Source: an uncultured bacterium (GTDB taxonomy: Bacteria > Auribacterota > Erginobacteria > Erginobacterales > Erginobacteraceae). Taken from it: a DNA stretch of 64,000 nt. The stretch lies in NCBI GenBank assembly GCA_963822585.1, contig CAWGIE010000019.1:96001-160000 (forward strand). The letters are read 5' to 3'. The notes beneath the pieces are model-generated. The model was not told the origin of the DNA, did not search any database, and saw only the letters and a list, made by a program, of their open reading frames with translations. Each line of letters begins with the position of its first letter. The stretch's first letter is position 1. This document shows positions 8,641-19,403 of the stretch, one piece after another. A program made the translations under genes and the position numbers.

Positions 8641-10077
8641 ATGGCATTAGGGCTTCAACAACTCGCGCGGATGGAGCAGCGGATGATCCTCTCTCCGCAG
8701 ATGCAGCAGGCCATCTTCCTCCTCCAGGTCCCGCTCCAGGAGCTGAGCACCATCATCCAGACCGAGATCGTCCAGAACCCGCTTTTGGAAGATCCTCTCG
8801 ACCAGGTGGAGACAATCGACCCGGCGGACGCTCCCGCCCCGGATGGCGAGGTCGCCCCGGAGCTGGAATTCGAGGCGGAGATCGATCGCCTGGCCGCGAT
8901 GGATGATGAATGGAAGGAATACTTCTTCCAGGATCAGACGTCCAGCCACGCCCGGTACTACCAGCCGGACGAAGAGAAACAGAACTTCCTGGAAAACTCG
9001 ATTACCAGAAGCGAGACCCTCTCCGAGCACCTGCTCAAGCAGCTCAACACCTCGCTGAGCGCGGAGCGGGAAAAAACGGTTGGGGAAGCCATTATCGGCA
9101 ATATCGACGAGAACGGCTATTTGACCGAATCACTGGACGAGATCGCCCGGGAGACGGAAACCTCCCCCGATGAAATCGCCGCGGTATTGAGCCTGATCCA
9201 GACCTTTCATCCGTCGGGCATCGGCGCCCGCGACCTCCGGGAATGCCTCCTGCTCCAGCTCGGCAGCCGGGAACATACCGACCCCCTGGCCCGAGAGATC
9301 ATCAGCGATTTCATGGCCGAACTGGGGGCGAACAAGTACCCCCAGATCGCGCGGGCACTGAAGACAACCCCGGAACGCGTCCAGCAGGCGGCCGAGTTTA
9401 TCGCTACCCTCGATCCCAAACCGGGTCAAATTTTCAGCACCGATGAAATCCGGTACATCACGCCGGATATCTACCTGGAAAAAGAGGATGATGAATACCG
9501 GATCGTTTTCAACCGGGAATATACCCCCCAGCTCCGGATCAGCAGCCGGTACCGGAGGCTTCTGAGCGACCCGGCGACGCCGGAAAAGACCAAGGAATAC
9601 ATCAAGGAAAAACTTCGGGGCGGTCTGTGGCTGATCAAGAACATCCGGCTCCGCCAGGAGACTCTCCACAAGATCACGGAGGAGATCGTCAGGCGTCAGA
9701 GGGAGTTCCTGGACAAGGGGATCGCCTTCCTTCGCCCCCTCAAGATGACCGAGATCGCGCAGATAGTCGGGATCCATGAATCCACGGTGAGCCGGGCGGT
9801 TGCCAACAAGCATATCCAGACCCACCGGGGAACCTTTCCTCTCCGGTACTTTTTCACCAGCGGGACCGCCACCTCCTCCGGCGATGACATCTCCTCTCAT
9901 CACCTGAAGCGGATTATCGAGCAGATGGTCGGCGCTGAAGACCCCTACCATCCGCTGAGCGATCAGGAGATTGTCGAGAAACTGGCGGCGCAGGATATCA
10001 AACTGGCCCGGAGAACGGTGGCTAAGTACCGCAAGATCCTCGCCATCCCTCCCTCCCACTTGCGGAAAAAATACTGA
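8641..10077 (+). CDS. rpoN: RNA polymerase sigma-54 factor
   Basis: Gln-rich N-terminus, GIGARDLRECLLLQL, HESTVSRA and the RpoN box ARRTVAKYR. Confidence 0.98.
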   Translation: MALGLQQLARMEQRMILSPQMQQAIFLLQVPLQELSTIIQTEIVQNPLLEDPLDQVETIDPADAPAPDGEVAPELEFEAEIDRLAAMDDEWKEYFFQDQTSSHARYYQPDEEKQNFLENSITRSETLSEHLLKQLNTSLSAEREKTVGEAIIGNIDENGYLTESLDEIARETETSPDEIAAVLSLIQTFHPSGIGARDLRECLLLQLGSREHTDPLAREIISDFMAELGANKYPQIARALKTTPERVQQAAEFIATLDPKPGQIFSTDEIRYITPDIYLEKEDDEYRIVFNREYTPQLRISSRYRRLLSDPATPEKTKEYIKEKLRGGLWLIKNIRLRQETLHKITEEIVRRQREFLDKGIAFLRPLKMTEIAQIVGIHESTVSRAVANKHIQTHRGTFPLRYFFTSGTATSSGDDISSHHLKRIIEQMVGAEDPYHPLSDQEIVEKLAAQDIKLARRTVAKYRKILAIPPSHLRKKY

Positions 10078-10145
10078 ATGGGGAATAGGGAATGGGGAAT
10101 AGCCTCGACCGGCTCCCATTCCCTATTCCCCATTCTCTATTCCCT
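10078..10145. repeat. Inverted heptamer hairpin between convergent genes; possible terminator
   Basis: GGGGAATAGGGAATGGGGAATAG ... CCCATTCCCTATTCCCCATTCTCTATTCCC. Confidence 0.65.
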
Positions 10146-10146
10146 G

Positions 10147-11328
10147 TCACACTTGCTTCAGAAGATATTCGTAGGCTGAAAGTGCCGCCCGAGCGCCATC
10201 CCCGGCGGCGATAACGATCTGCTTGAACCGGTTGTCGGTGACGTCCCCGGCGGCGAAGATCCCGTTCACGCCGGTGTCTCCCCCCCGATCGGTCCGGATC
10301 TCCCCCGCCTGGTTTGTCTCCACCAGGTCAAGCACGAAGGCGCTGTTGGGGGCGAGGCCGATCTCGATAAAAACTCCCTCCACCTCGAGACGCCGCGCTC
10401 GGCCCGTCTTACTATCTTCAATCGTCAGTCCCTCGACCTGATCCGTGCCGTGGATCACGGTCGGGCGGTGGTACTTGAAGGAGGTTATATTGCGGGCAGC
10501 CTCGGTCTTGTCCTGGAGAATCCGGTCCCCGGTCCAGCCCTCGGTCGAGACGAGATACACTTTGCTGGCAATGCCTGACATCTCTATGGCGGCTTCCAGA
10601 CCGGAGTTGCCGGAACCGATTATCGCGATAGTCTTTCCCGTGAAGAGGGGGCCGTCGCAGGTGGAGCAGTAGACCACTCCCCGACCGGCCAGTTCCCGTT
10701 CCCCGGGGATATTGAGCTTCCGTTTAAAAGCTCCGCTGGCAATAACAACCGACCGGGCCTCTATCTCCTTCCCCGACTCGGTCCGGATCACCTTGCAGCA
10801 GCCTCTGACTTCGATCGAGCTCACCCGTTCACCAAGCAGTTTGTCTATCTGATAGTGCTCCGCGTGTTCAACCAACTTTTGAGCCAATTCGGCGCCCGTG
10901 ACCCGAGTCCTGCCGGGCCAGTTGCTGACTTCACCGGCAGTTCCCACCTGGCCGCCCATGTCAAGAGCGATCATGATGGTGGAGAGGTTCTTACGGGCAC
11001 CGTAGATGGCGGCCGTGAGTCCAGCCGGCCCCGCGCCGATAACAGCCAGGTCAAACAGCTTAATCGGAGCAACCTGCTCGGTAATACCGAGCATCCGGTC
11101 CAGTTCCCCCGCCGCGTTCAGGCGCGAGATATCGTCGTACCCGCCGATCGACTCCCCGTCGATGAATATCTGGGGGACCGTCCGCCGATGAGACCGTTCC
11201 ACCATCTCCCGCTCCAGCGCCGTCCCGGAAGCAACTTCATGGACCGTGTAATCGAGGCCTTTCGCGTCCAGAAGAGCCTTCGCTTTGATACAATAGGGAC
11301 ACCATTTCTTTGAGTATATCTCGATCAT
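10147..11328 (-). CDS. Glutaredoxin-thioredoxin reductase fusion (TrxB/AhpF-like)
   Basis: Grx motifs CPYC, TVPQIFI and GGYDD; FAD motif GAGPAG; redox CSTCD; GSGNSG; GIFAAGD. Confidence 0.9.
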   Translation of the reverse strand: MIEIYSKKWCPYCIKAKALLDAKGLDYTVHEVASGTALEREMVERSHRRTVPQIFIDGESIGGYDDISRLNAAGELDRMLGITEQVAPIKLFDLAVIGAGPAGLTAAIYGARKNLSTIMIALDMGGQVGTAGEVSNWPGRTRVTGAELAQKLVEHAEHYQIDKLLGERVSSIEVRGCCKVIRTESGKEIEARSVVIASGAFKRKLNIPGERELAGRGVVYCSTCDGPLFTGKTIAIIGSGNSGLEAAIEMSGIASKVYLVSTEGWTGDRILQDKTEAARNITSFKYHRPTVIHGTDQVEGLTIEDSKTGRARRLEVEGVFIEIGLAPNSAFVLDLVETNQAGEIRTDRGGDTGVNGIFAAGDVTDNRFKQIVIAAGDGARAALSAYEYLLKQV

Positions 11329-11358
11329 AATAAATTAACTCACTCCATTCGTTAATTT

Positions 11359-11540
11359 ATGCAGGATCGTCCTTTCGCTTCGCTTCAGGACTTGTAGTAG
11401 ATGTAGTAAATGTGGTATCGCCCCGCCTGTGGCGGGGCTTGCCGGACTGCAAGCGGAGCGATCCTACAATTCCTACAAAGAATGCCGAAGGCATTCTGAT
11501 CCTACAAATCCTGAAGCGAAGCGAAGGGATGATACTGCAT
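11359..11540. repeat. Structured repeat element of about 182 bp, copy 1 (MITE-like or ncRNA)
   Basis: Long self-complementary ends and internal hairpins; homologous to the reverse complement of 14413..14593. Confidence 0.8.
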
Positions 11541-11933
11541 TCAATTTTTCTTCTCCCCCTTCTCCGCCAGTATCTCATCGATGGTCCTCGTCAGCTCGTA
11601 TTCCCGCAGAGGCTTGCTCAGCTGTCCCGGCCGGCCGCCCGCGTTCAGAAATTCCTGAAACCGGGGGTCGCGATCCCCGGGGCAGCCCGAGATCAGCATC
11701 ACGTCCGTCCGGGGGGAGATCCTCAGGATCCCGCGGCAGACCTCGACGCCGTTCATGCCCGGCATGATCAAATCAACGAATACGATGTCGGGGTGCTCTT
11801 CCCCGGCCAGGAAAATGGCCTCTTCCCCGCTGAGGGCGGTCGAGACCTCGTATCCCGCGGCTTCCAGTTCTTCCCGGTGCGCCAGCAGAAAGAGAGCGTC
11901 ATCGTCAACCAGCATTATCTTGGGCCGGCCCAT
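11541..11933 (-). CDS. Single-domain response regulator
   Basis: MLVDDD, VDLIMPGMNG and SKP receiver motifs; RBS GGAGG before ATG 11933. Confidence 0.9.
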   Translation of the reverse strand: MGRPKIMLVDDDALFLLAHREELEAAGYEVSTALSGEEAIFLAGEEHPDIVFVDLIMPGMNGVEVCRGILRISPRTDVMLISGCPGDRDPRFQEFLNAGGRPGQLSKPLREYELTRTIDEILAEKGEKKN

Positions 11934-14232
11934 CTTCCTCCCGTCCACCGGCAGGGAATCTGACCGTAAAGGTTGTCCCCTGCCCCGGTTTACTTTTCAC
12001 GACGATCTCCCCCCCGTGGTCTTCAACAATCCCATAGACCACCGAAAGCCCCAGTCCGATCCCCTCCCCCGGTTTCTTGGTGGTGAAAAACGGATCGAAA
12101 AGCTTGGCGAGGTTTTCTTTCGGTATCCCGACGCCGGAATCATGAAATTCCATGATCACACTGCGGTTGTCGGGGGAATTGCCGGTGGTTATCCGGATGA
12201 CTCCTCCCTCGATCAGCGCGTCCCGGGCATTGGTCAGCAAATTCAGAACGACCTGCTGGAGCTGTCCCCGGTCCCCGTTGATTTTGAGCAGGTCATCCGA
12301 AAATTTCCTGGTCATGGAAATACCGCGCCCCATTACCTGATATCCGCTGAATGAGAGCGTTGATTCAATGACCTGGTTCAGATCAACCTCCGAGAAATCG
12401 GCGGTCGATTCCCGGGCGAATGAAGTCAAATCTCTGATAATCGCCGCCATGTGTTCGGCGGCATTCAACATGGCGGCGAGCTGCTCCCGCGCCGGCGACC
12501 CCTCCGGGGACTGCTTCTTGTTCAGCCTCAGCAATGTCATCAGCCCGTCGAGAGGACTGTTCAATTCATGAGCCACACCGGCGGCCAGCAGACCGATGGC
12601 CGAAAGCTTCTCCGCCTGAATCAACTGGCTCTTCAGGCCTTTCAGTTCCCTGTACGCGGTCTTTATCTCCTCCTCGGCCCTCCTTTTCTCGCTGATGTCC
12701 TCTACGATGCCCTTGTAATGGGTGATTTCTCCCCGTTCGTTTCTTACTATATACGTCCAGTCGTTAAGCCAGCGCGGCTCCCCGTCTCGGGTTATGATGC
12801 GATACGGCTTATGGGTAAACTCGTCCCGGCCGGCTTCGCTGCTGAATGTCGAGACCTCCTCCATGACCCGCTCCCGATCATCGGGAAAAATTAAATCCCC
12901 GTAGGCGACCGCGCCGGACATGAACTCTTCCGCCGTGTAACCGAAAAGGTTTTTCACGTTTTCGGAAACAAACTCAATCGGCCACCCCGGCTGATTCCGC
13001 CAGGTAAAAGCGATGGCCGGACTTCGGCTGATAATCCTGTATGCTTCCTGGATCTTCTTTTCCGCCTTGATGCGTTCGGTGATATCACGGGTTATGCCCA
13101 CATAGCCGATAAGACTTCCCTTCTCGTTCTTCAGCCGGGTCATGGTAAGGTGAACATCGATCAGGTCCCCGTTTTTTTTCCTGTTCAATAGTTCTCCCTG
13201 CCAGGTCCCGTCCACGATTTCAGCCTCCATCACCTGATCCAGATGAGGAGGATTTCCCGGGATTCCCTCGAAAATATCGGACGCCGGACGGCCGACCAGC
13301 TCTTCGGGGGCATAGCCCAGAATTTTTTCCGCCGCCGGGTTGGCATATATTATCCGGTGATCCAGGCCGGTGATCAGGACCATCTCCGCCAGGCCGGCCA
13401 GCGCGCTGGAAAGGCGGACCATTTCCTCCTCGCGCTTTTTCCGGGAGCTGATGTCGATCGCGGTCGCCGCCAGTAAAAACGGGCGCTCCCCCGCGTCCCT
13501 GATCACCGCCCCGGTCATCAGGGTGGGAAAGACTGAACCGTCCTTCCGGGCATGCCAGACTTCCTCCCCCGAAAAGCCTCCTTCCCGACGAATTTTTTCA
13601 ACCAGCCTTTTTACCGATGGCGCCTGTTCTCCGTTGTGAAAAACCGACAGGTTCTTGCCCACGACTTTCTCCGGGAGATAGCCGTGCATCCGGGCGAATT
13701 CCCGGTTACAGTAGACAATCTCCTCCTTGAGATTGCTGATCGCCACGCCGTAATTTGCCCGGTCGCAAACCGTCTTAAACTTCCGGAGTTCGCCCTCGAT
13801 CAGGGCCCGTTCCTCGATCTCCCGCTTCATCCGCTGATTGATCTTCTCCAGATATTCCGTCCGCTCCTCGACTTTTTTCTCCAGCTCGTCGTGAGATTGC
13901 TGCAGCTTCCGGCGGGCCTCGTTGAGGGCAACCACGGACGGTATCCACTTCACCATCCCGATCGCCAGGAGAAGAACGGCCAGGAGATGACCGAAGAGAT
14001 GCTCAAGGAAAATCCCCAGGAACGGGGGGGCGCCCGCGAGGAAGTTTTGAACGGAGGGAATATACTCGCACACGGCGAGGAGATGGCCGAGGAAAAGGAG
14101 CAGGAAAGCGGCCACGATATACCACCATCCGGCCTGCCGGTAGAGTTCTTTGACTTTGCCGACCCACCAGAAGAAAACCACGATCACGCCCATCAGAAAG
14201 GTAAAAGCGATCTCTAAGATAAAGGCGGTCAT
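11905..14232 (-). CDS. Membrane sensor histidine kinase with three PAS domains
   Basis: N-terminal TM helices, three PAS/PAC units, [26 protein letters not shown] and GLGLS. Confidence 0.93.
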   Translation of the reverse strand: MTAFILEIAFTFLMGVIVVFFWWVGKVKELYRQAGWWYIVAAFLLLFLGHLLAVCEYIPSVQNFLAGAPPFLGIFLEHLFGHLLAVLLLAIGMVKWIPSVVALNEARRKLQQSHDELEKKVEERTEYLEKINQRMKREIEERALIEGELRKFKTVCDRANYGVAISNLKEEIVYCNREFARMHGYLPEKVVGKNLSVFHNGEQAPSVKRLVEKIRREGGFSGEEVWHARKDGSVFPTLMTGAVIRDAGERPFLLAATAIDISSRKKREEEMVRLSSALAGLAEMVLITGLDHRIIYANPAAEKILGYAPEELVGRPASDIFEGIPGNPPHLDQVMEAEIVDGTWQGELLNRKKNGDLIDVHLTMTRLKNEKGSLIGYVGITRDITERIKAEKKIQEAYRIISRSPAIAFTWRNQPGWPIEFVSENVKNLFGYTAEEFMSGAVAYGDLIFPDDRERVMEEVSTFSSEAGRDEFTHKPYRIITRDGEPRWLNDWTYIVRNERGEITHYKGIVEDISEKRRAEEEIKTAYRELKGLKSQLIQAEKLSAIGLLAAGVAHELNSPLDGLMTLLRLNKKQSPEGSPAREQLAAMLNAAEHMAAIIRDLTSFARESTADFSEVDLNQVIESTLSFSGYQVMGRGISMTRKFSDDLLKINGDRGQLQQVVLNLLTNARDALIEGGVIRITTGNSPDNRSVIMEFHDSGVGIPKENLAKLFDPFFTTKKPGEGIGLGLSVVYGIVEDHGGEIVVKSKPGQGTTFTVRFPAGGREEDGPAQDNAG

Positions 14233-14412
14233 TTCGTTTTTCCTTCCCGTCCCGGCCGGTAACTGCAACGCGACAGGGAGGCCATTTTATCAGGGTTCCC
14301 CGCTAACGGCCAGTTAATTATCACCCTTATTATTTATTGACAAATCGGCACTGCCGGGATTTACTGAAACCAGGGCGTGCCTGCTTCGGAATTCCAAAAA
14401 AGAAATTCAGTA

Positions 14413-14593
14413 ATGTAGTAGCGTCCTTTCGCTTGCGCGACAGGACTTGTAGGATCAGAATGCCTTCGGCATTCTTTGCCGCAATTGTAGGATCGCTCCG
14501 CTTGCAGTTCGGCAAGCCTTGCCTCCGGCAAGGCGATAATACATTTACTACATCTCCTACAAGTCCTTCACGGAGTGAAGGACGATCCTGCAT
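14413..14593. repeat. Structured repeat element of about 181 bp, copy 2 (inverted relative to copy 1)
   Basis: Its reverse complement shares CTGCAAGCGGAGCGATCCTACAATT and AAAGAATGCCGAAGGCATTCTGATCCTACAA with copy 1. Confidence 0.8.
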
Positions 14594-14643
14594 AAATTTG
14601 CGAGCCCCGATTTTATCGGGGTAGACTGCGCGAGCTAATTTAT

Positions 14644-14970
14644 ATGAACCGCTTCTTCACCTCTTTCAGCGAAGAAATCCGAAAGTCACTTCTGGCAAGC
14701 GCGCGAGTCGAAACCTACCCGGGAGGGAGGCGCCTCTTCGAAGAGGACGATCCTTCCGATGGTGTTTTTCTGGTTCTGAACGGTTCGGTTGAGATCGTGA
14801 AGAAGATCAGCGGGGAACGGGAGGCGGTCCTCGCTACCGTGGGACCGGGGGACTACTTCGGGGAGATGGGGGTGATCGACGGCTGCGGACGGTCGGCCGG
14901 GGCCCGGACGTCCGGAGAGACCGACCTCGGCACCACCTTCATCATCAGTCTTCCGCCGGCAGCCGGGTAA
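14644..14970 (+). pseudogene. cNMP-binding domain joined to a kinase-like tail; probable internally deleted sensor kinase
   Basis: cNMP motif GDYFGEMG...RSAGART runs straight into GTTFIISLP, the usual last strand of HATPase_c. Confidence 0.6.
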
Positions 14971-15199
14971 TTCACCCCGACCTCGACCCCTTTTATAAAC
15001 CCCGATTAAAACTTCGGGGGAGGCCAGACGATCGTCGTAGATCCGGCAGTTATTGACGGAAATGTGATTGAAGTGGAGGCCCCCCCCCACCTCGGCCCCT
15101 TTTATTAGCACCTGATTTCTCTGATTTTTACTCCGAGATGCCGGAGGCATTTTTCGGGGGCTCTGCTTGTCTTCTTCCGCCTCGGCCCTTTTTTGATTT

Positions 15200-15358
15200 T
15201 TTTGAACGTTGAACGTTGGACGTTGAATGTTGAGCGTTCGGAGTTCGTATCATATAAAGATCCGGGGGGATAATGATACGGGATACAGGATGCGCGATCC
15301 CGAATGCTTCTTCGGGACTGCCCACTGCCCACTGCCTACTGCCCACTACCCACTGCCT
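15200..15358. repeat. Three adjacent heptamer arrays (TTGAACG, GGATACG, ACTGCCC)
   Basis: TTGAACGTTGAACGTTGGACGTTGAATG; GATACGGGATACAGGATGCG; ACTGCCCACTGCCCACTGCCTACTGCCC. Confidence 0.75.
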
Positions 15359-16589
15359 ATTCATGCCTAAGCGCCTGGATGGGATCGAGGAGGGCGGCGC
15401 GGGCGGCAGGGTAAAAGCCAAAGAATATCCCTACCAGCAAAGCCATACCCAGTGAGAGAAAGATAGCCCAAGCGGTAATCACCGTCGGCCAGCCGGCCAA
15501 TCCGGAAATGAACAGTGAGATGATGTATCCCGCGATGACACCGATCAGACCGCCGGACACGGTCAGGATGGCGGACTCGGTCAGGAACTGAGCGGCGATC
15601 TGCCGCCGGTTGGCCCCCACCGCCCGCCGGATGCCGATCTCCCGGGTACGCTCCGAGACCGTCGCCAGCATGATGTTCATGATTCCGATACCGCCGACCA
15701 GGAGCGTGATCCCGGCTATCCCCCCCAACACGATGTTGAAGATCCTCTGGGTCTGCCGGGCCCCGCGGATGAGTTCCAGCGGTACGATCATCTGATAATC
15801 CTCCACCCCGTGATGGAGGCGGGAAAGAAGACTCTTGATTACCCGTGAACCCGGAAGTATCTCTCCCGGATTTTTAAACTTTATCGAGATTTCGTCCACC
15901 GGGTCGCTGTCGGGTGGGCCGGCGCCGAAAATACGGCTGGTAGCCAGGGGCAGAAAAACCGACTGGTTATAATTACGCGGGGAGAGGGCGGGCAGCTTGT
16001 TCCGGGACCAGTGCCTTGGTTTCAGGATCCCTACGACTGTAAAAACGGCATCGTTGATCCGGAGAGTCGAGCCGACCCGGCCCGCACGCCCGAGGCCCCG
16101 GGAGACGTCCCATCCCAGAACACAGACCAGGTTTTTCTCCGCCTGGTCCTGATCGCAAAGGAACCGCCCCGCCGCAAGCTCCAGGTTTTTCACCCGTTGA
16201 TATCCCGGGGTAACGGCAGTCACCTGGTAGGAAGTTTCCGCCGGGGCGCCCAGGATTTCAGCCTCGATCTCCCTGACCACGGCCGCCTCTTCGAGCCCGG
16301 GCAGCGCGGCTTTGATCCGTCGGCTGTCATTAAAAGTGATGCCGGCGGAAAGCCGCTCCCGGGCTTTCAGCTCCTGGGACGATGTCCGGGGAAGAGCCTT
16401 GACGACAACATTGTTGATTCCCAGCTGTTCTATCTGGCGAAGGGATTCCTGCTTGGCGCCCTCCCCGATCGAGAGCATAGCGATCAGGGCGACCACTCCG
16501 AAGATCACTCCCAGCATGCTGAGAAGGGAGCGAAGCTTATGAAGACGCAGGGAACGGATACCGGAAGAAATATTGACCAATTTCTGCAT
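15357..16589 (-). CDS. MacB/FtsX-family ABC transporter permease
   Basis: RSLLSMLGVIFGV, GGIGIMNIMLATVSERTREIGIRRAVGA and YPAARAALLDPIQALR. Confidence 0.95.
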   Translation of the reverse strand: MQKLVNISSGIRSLRLHKLRSLLSMLGVIFGVVALIAMLSIGEGAKQESLRQIEQLGINNVVVKALPRTSSQELKARERLSAGITFNDSRRIKAALPGLEEAAVVREIEAEILGAPAETSYQVTAVTPGYQRVKNLELAAGRFLCDQDQAEKNLVCVLGWDVSRGLGRAGRVGSTLRINDAVFTVVGILKPRHWSRNKLPALSPRNYNQSVFLPLATSRIFGAGPPDSDPVDEISIKFKNPGEILPGSRVIKSLLSRLHHGVEDYQMIVPLELIRGARQTQRIFNIVLGGIAGITLLVGGIGIMNIMLATVSERTREIGIRRAVGANRRQIAAQFLTESAILTVSGGLIGVIAGYIISLFISGLAGWPTVITAWAIFLSLGMALLVGIFFGFYPAARAALLDPIQALRHE

Positions 16590-16714
16590 TGGACACCGTT
16601 TAATTGCGACTAAAAATCATTCCATTACCTTCAGGGAGTGATGGAATGATGGAGTGGTGGAGTACTGGTAAAGCCCGGCCGAGCTGCTGGCGCCTCCATC
16701 ACTCCAATACTCCA

Positions 16715-17470
16715 TTACTCCATCACTCCATTATTGATTACACTCTCCATATTCTTCTTGGCTGCTATTGGAATATTTGAGTGGGCGGTCTCCATGAACT
16801 CCCCGTCCAGCAGATGGAGGCGCCGGCCGGCGTAACTGGCGACATTGTCGTCATGGGTAACCAGAAGAACGGCGGAACCGGTGCGGTGCAGGGCCTGGAG
16901 AAGCTCCATGATATTCCTCCCGGTCGCCGAGTCCAGGTTCCCGGTCGGTTCGTCGGCCAGGATCAGGAGGGGTCGCCCCGCCAGGCATCGGGCGATCGCG
17001 GTCCGCTGCTGTTCTCCTCCCGAAAGCTCGGCCGGACGATGGTTGAGCCGGCCGGCGAGACCGACCTCCTCGATCGCCGTTAACGCCGCTTCCCGGGCGC
17101 CGGCGGCGGTTCCCCGATAGTAGAAGGGGACCTCCACGTTCTCCAGAACGCTGAGTTGATGAATAAGGTTATAGGTCTGAAAGATGAACCCGATATGGTG
17201 AGCCCGAAGTAATGACAATTCGCTGTCGGAGAGTGAGAAGATGTCCCGGCCGGAGAAAAAGTATGAACCGGCAGTGGGGCGTTCCAGGCAGCCGATAATA
17301 TTGAGAAGAGTGGATTTTCCCGATCCGGAGGGACCCATAACGGCGACGAACTCTCCCCGCCGGACATGGAGAGTGACGTCCCGCAATGCTTCAACCCGAT
17401 CATCACTCATCGGGTAGTGTTTAGTCAGATTACGCGCGTCAACCAGGAGATCATTATCTTCTGAGATCAC
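16715..17470 (-). CDS. ABC transporter ATP-binding protein (LolD/MacB type)
   Basis: GPSGSGKST, LSGGEQQR, ADEPTGNLD and VTHD; the start (GTG 17470) is uncertain. Confidence 0.93.
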   Translation of the reverse strand: MISEDNDLLVDARNLTKHYPMSDDRVEALRDVTLHVRRGEFVAVMGPSGSGKSTLLNIIGCLERPTAGSYFFSGRDIFSLSDSELSLLRAHHIGFIFQTYNLIHQLSVLENVEVPFYYRGTAAGAREAALTAIEEVGLAGRLNHRPAELSGGEQQRTAIARCLAGRPLLILADEPTGNLDSATGRNIMELLQALHRTGSAVLLVTHDDNVASYAGRRLHLLDGEFMETAHSNIPIAAKKNMESVINNGVME

Positions 17471-17546
17471 ATCACTTCTTGTCCATACCCAATCAGTTTT
17501 GTCGGTTAAAAGCGGAAAACAGATAATGACCCCGATTGCATCGGGG

Positions 17547-19010
17547 TCATTCAAGCGGGGTGGTCTTCTTTATCTCAGACGGCTCCGGCGGATATAACGC
17601 TACCCTCTCATCTTCCTCCAGGCCTTTCCTGATCTCCGCCAGGTCTTCGTTCCGGCGACCGACCAGCACCTCCCGGACCTCGAAGCTGCTCCGGATGTCC
17701 ACGTAACAGACGGTCCTGCCGGCGTCGTCGAAGAGAGCCGCCAGCGGAACAGTGAGAGCGTCCCCTACGTCGTCGGAAATAATCTCCGCCCGGGCGGTCA
17801 TCCCCGGGCGCAGTCGTTCGTCCGAACCATCCAGCGCGATCGTCAATCCGAAATACTGTTCGCCGCTCCGCAGCTCGGGGCGCTTCTCGGCCAGGATGCC
17901 GATCGACTCCACCCGGCCGTCGAAAACGGTGTCGGGGTAGGCATCGACCCGAACCCGTACCGGGAGCCCTTTCCGAACCTTGTGGAGATCGACCTCTCTG
18001 ACCAGGGTTTTTACGACCATTGAGGAAAGGTCGGGGAGATCGAGGAGAGGCTGGTTTTGCCAGACGGTGTCGCCGACCATGGGCTTCCGCTTCTCCCCGT
18101 TTCTGAACTCATCCCGGAGGACCGCTATTCCCGCGATGGGGGCGGTGATGGTTGTCTTCTCCAGTTCGGCGCGGGCGATCTCCAGTGACGACCGGGCCGC
18201 GGTCAGGGCCCCCTCGGCATTCTTCTCCGAAGCGATCGCTTTGCCCACCTGAAAGCCGGAACTCTTCCCGGTCTGTTCCAGTACCATCGCCGCCCGTTCC
18301 ACCCGGGCCCGCGCTGTCTCGATCAGGGCGGGAAGTATGTGGTCCCGGTAGCTCTCGAACTGCAGGCGGGCGGCCTCGTACTTCTTCAGGTTCTCATCCT
18401 CTTTCGCGGCCGCCTGGGTGATCTCGGTCGGGTTGCTGTACCCCCGCTCCTCCAGCTTCTTCAGCTCTCCGACATAGTTCGTCGTGTCCCCGTATTCCTG
18501 CTTCGCTTCCAGCATCGCCCCTTCCAGGCGCGCCAGTTCCAGGGGCCCCTCCCCCTTCTCCAGCTTTTCCAGATCGAGTTCCGCGATCCGCTTCTCAAAC
18601 CCCGCCACCTTCAGTTCCTTCTCCCCCTGGCTCTTCTCCCACTCCACGTCCTGTTTCCAGGCATCGACCGTCGCTTCCGCTTCCAACAGTTCCGCGGTCA
18701 GCCGCCGGACTTCCTCCTCGAAAAACGAGGGATCGAGCCGGACCAGGAGATCGCCGGATTTGACCCGGGATCCGTCATCCACCAGGTAGATGATCTTCCC
18801 CTTGTCCCCCTTGATCCGGGAATAAATCACATGGGAGCGGACGGCATCGAGGGCCCCCACGGTGGAAACGGAGACCCGGAACGAACCGTTCTTCGCCTCC
18901 GCGGTAGGGATCTTTTCTTCGTCGCTGCCGCCCGAAAAGAGCGCGAGCAGCACTGCGATCAGCAGTACCGCCCCGGTGCCGCCAAGAACATATTTCACCT
19001 CTTTTCTCAT
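17547..19010 (-). CDS. Efflux periplasmic adaptor (MacA/HlyD-like MFP) with a long coiled coil
   Basis: N-terminal TM, VKSGDLLVRLD, TITAPIAG and LRPGMTA; start placed at ATG 19010 because the upstream extension lies inside a MITE. Confidence 0.9.
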   Translation of the reverse strand: MRKEVKYVLGGTGAVLLIAVLLALFSGGSDEEKIPTAEAKNGSFRVSVSTVGALDAVRSHVIYSRIKGDKGKIIYLVDDGSRVKSGDLLVRLDPSFFEEEVRRLTAELLEAEATVDAWKQDVEWEKSQGEKELKVAGFEKRIAELDLEKLEKGEGPLELARLEGAMLEAKQEYGDTTNYVGELKKLEERGYSNPTEITQAAAKEDENLKKYEAARLQFESYRDHILPALIETARARVERAAMVLEQTGKSSGFQVGKAIASEKNAEGALTAARSSLEIARAELEKTTITAPIAGIAVLRDEFRNGEKRKPMVGDTVWQNQPLLDLPDLSSMVVKTLVREVDLHKVRKGLPVRVRVDAYPDTVFDGRVESIGILAEKRPELRSGEQYFGLTIALDGSDERLRPGMTARAEIISDDVGDALTVPLAALFDDAGRTVCYVDIRSSFEVREVLVGRRNEDLAEIRKGLEEDERVALYPPEPSEIKKTTPLE

Positions 19011-19040
19011 TCTACCTTGCTCGAAAAGGTATTTAAAATT

Positions 19041-19202
19041 GGTTCTCTTCCATTTTGTGTGGGCAGTTATTATATTCAAAAAGTGCGGCTAATCACATTA
19101 TGGAGCTGTTTTGGAGTGCATTGACCGTGTCAATGCATGCAGCGACATGGTCGCTGCACTCCATAAGAACTATAATGTACCCACACAAAATGGGAGAGAA
19201 CC
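19041..19202. mobile_element. MITE, 162 bp, 23-bp TIR, 8-bp target duplication TTAAAATT
   Basis: GGTTCTCTTCCATTTTGTGTGGG ... CCCACACAAAATGGGAGAGAACC, flanked on both sides by TTAAAATT. Confidence 0.88.
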
Positions 19203-19403
19203 TTAAAATTTTATCTGGAGCAATGAAGATATTCACCACAAATGTCACGAAGGATACGAAGGGTAGATGAAAAAAATGGAACTAAGCTCATTTTATAAAG
19301 CTTCGTGTCCTTTCTCCGCCCCGTAGGGTAACCGTACGGGGGTATTCTTCGTGGTTTCAATCGTTTTGAATTTAATGAGGTCTGGTTTTCGCTCAAGATA
19401 CAA

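Noticed and set aside
8282..8906. ORFs upstream of rpoN
   Set aside because: They translate octamer repeats and REP hairpins and overlap rpoN out of frame.
11357..14624. Similar small ORFs 11357..11578 and 14337..14624 as a peptide family
   Set aside because: The similarity derives from the non-coding structured repeat; no RBS or coding signal.
19011..19079. N-terminal extension of the MFP, and ORFs 19055..19270 and 20908..21303
   Set aside because: They read through MITE sequence (HTKWKRT is the translated TIR).
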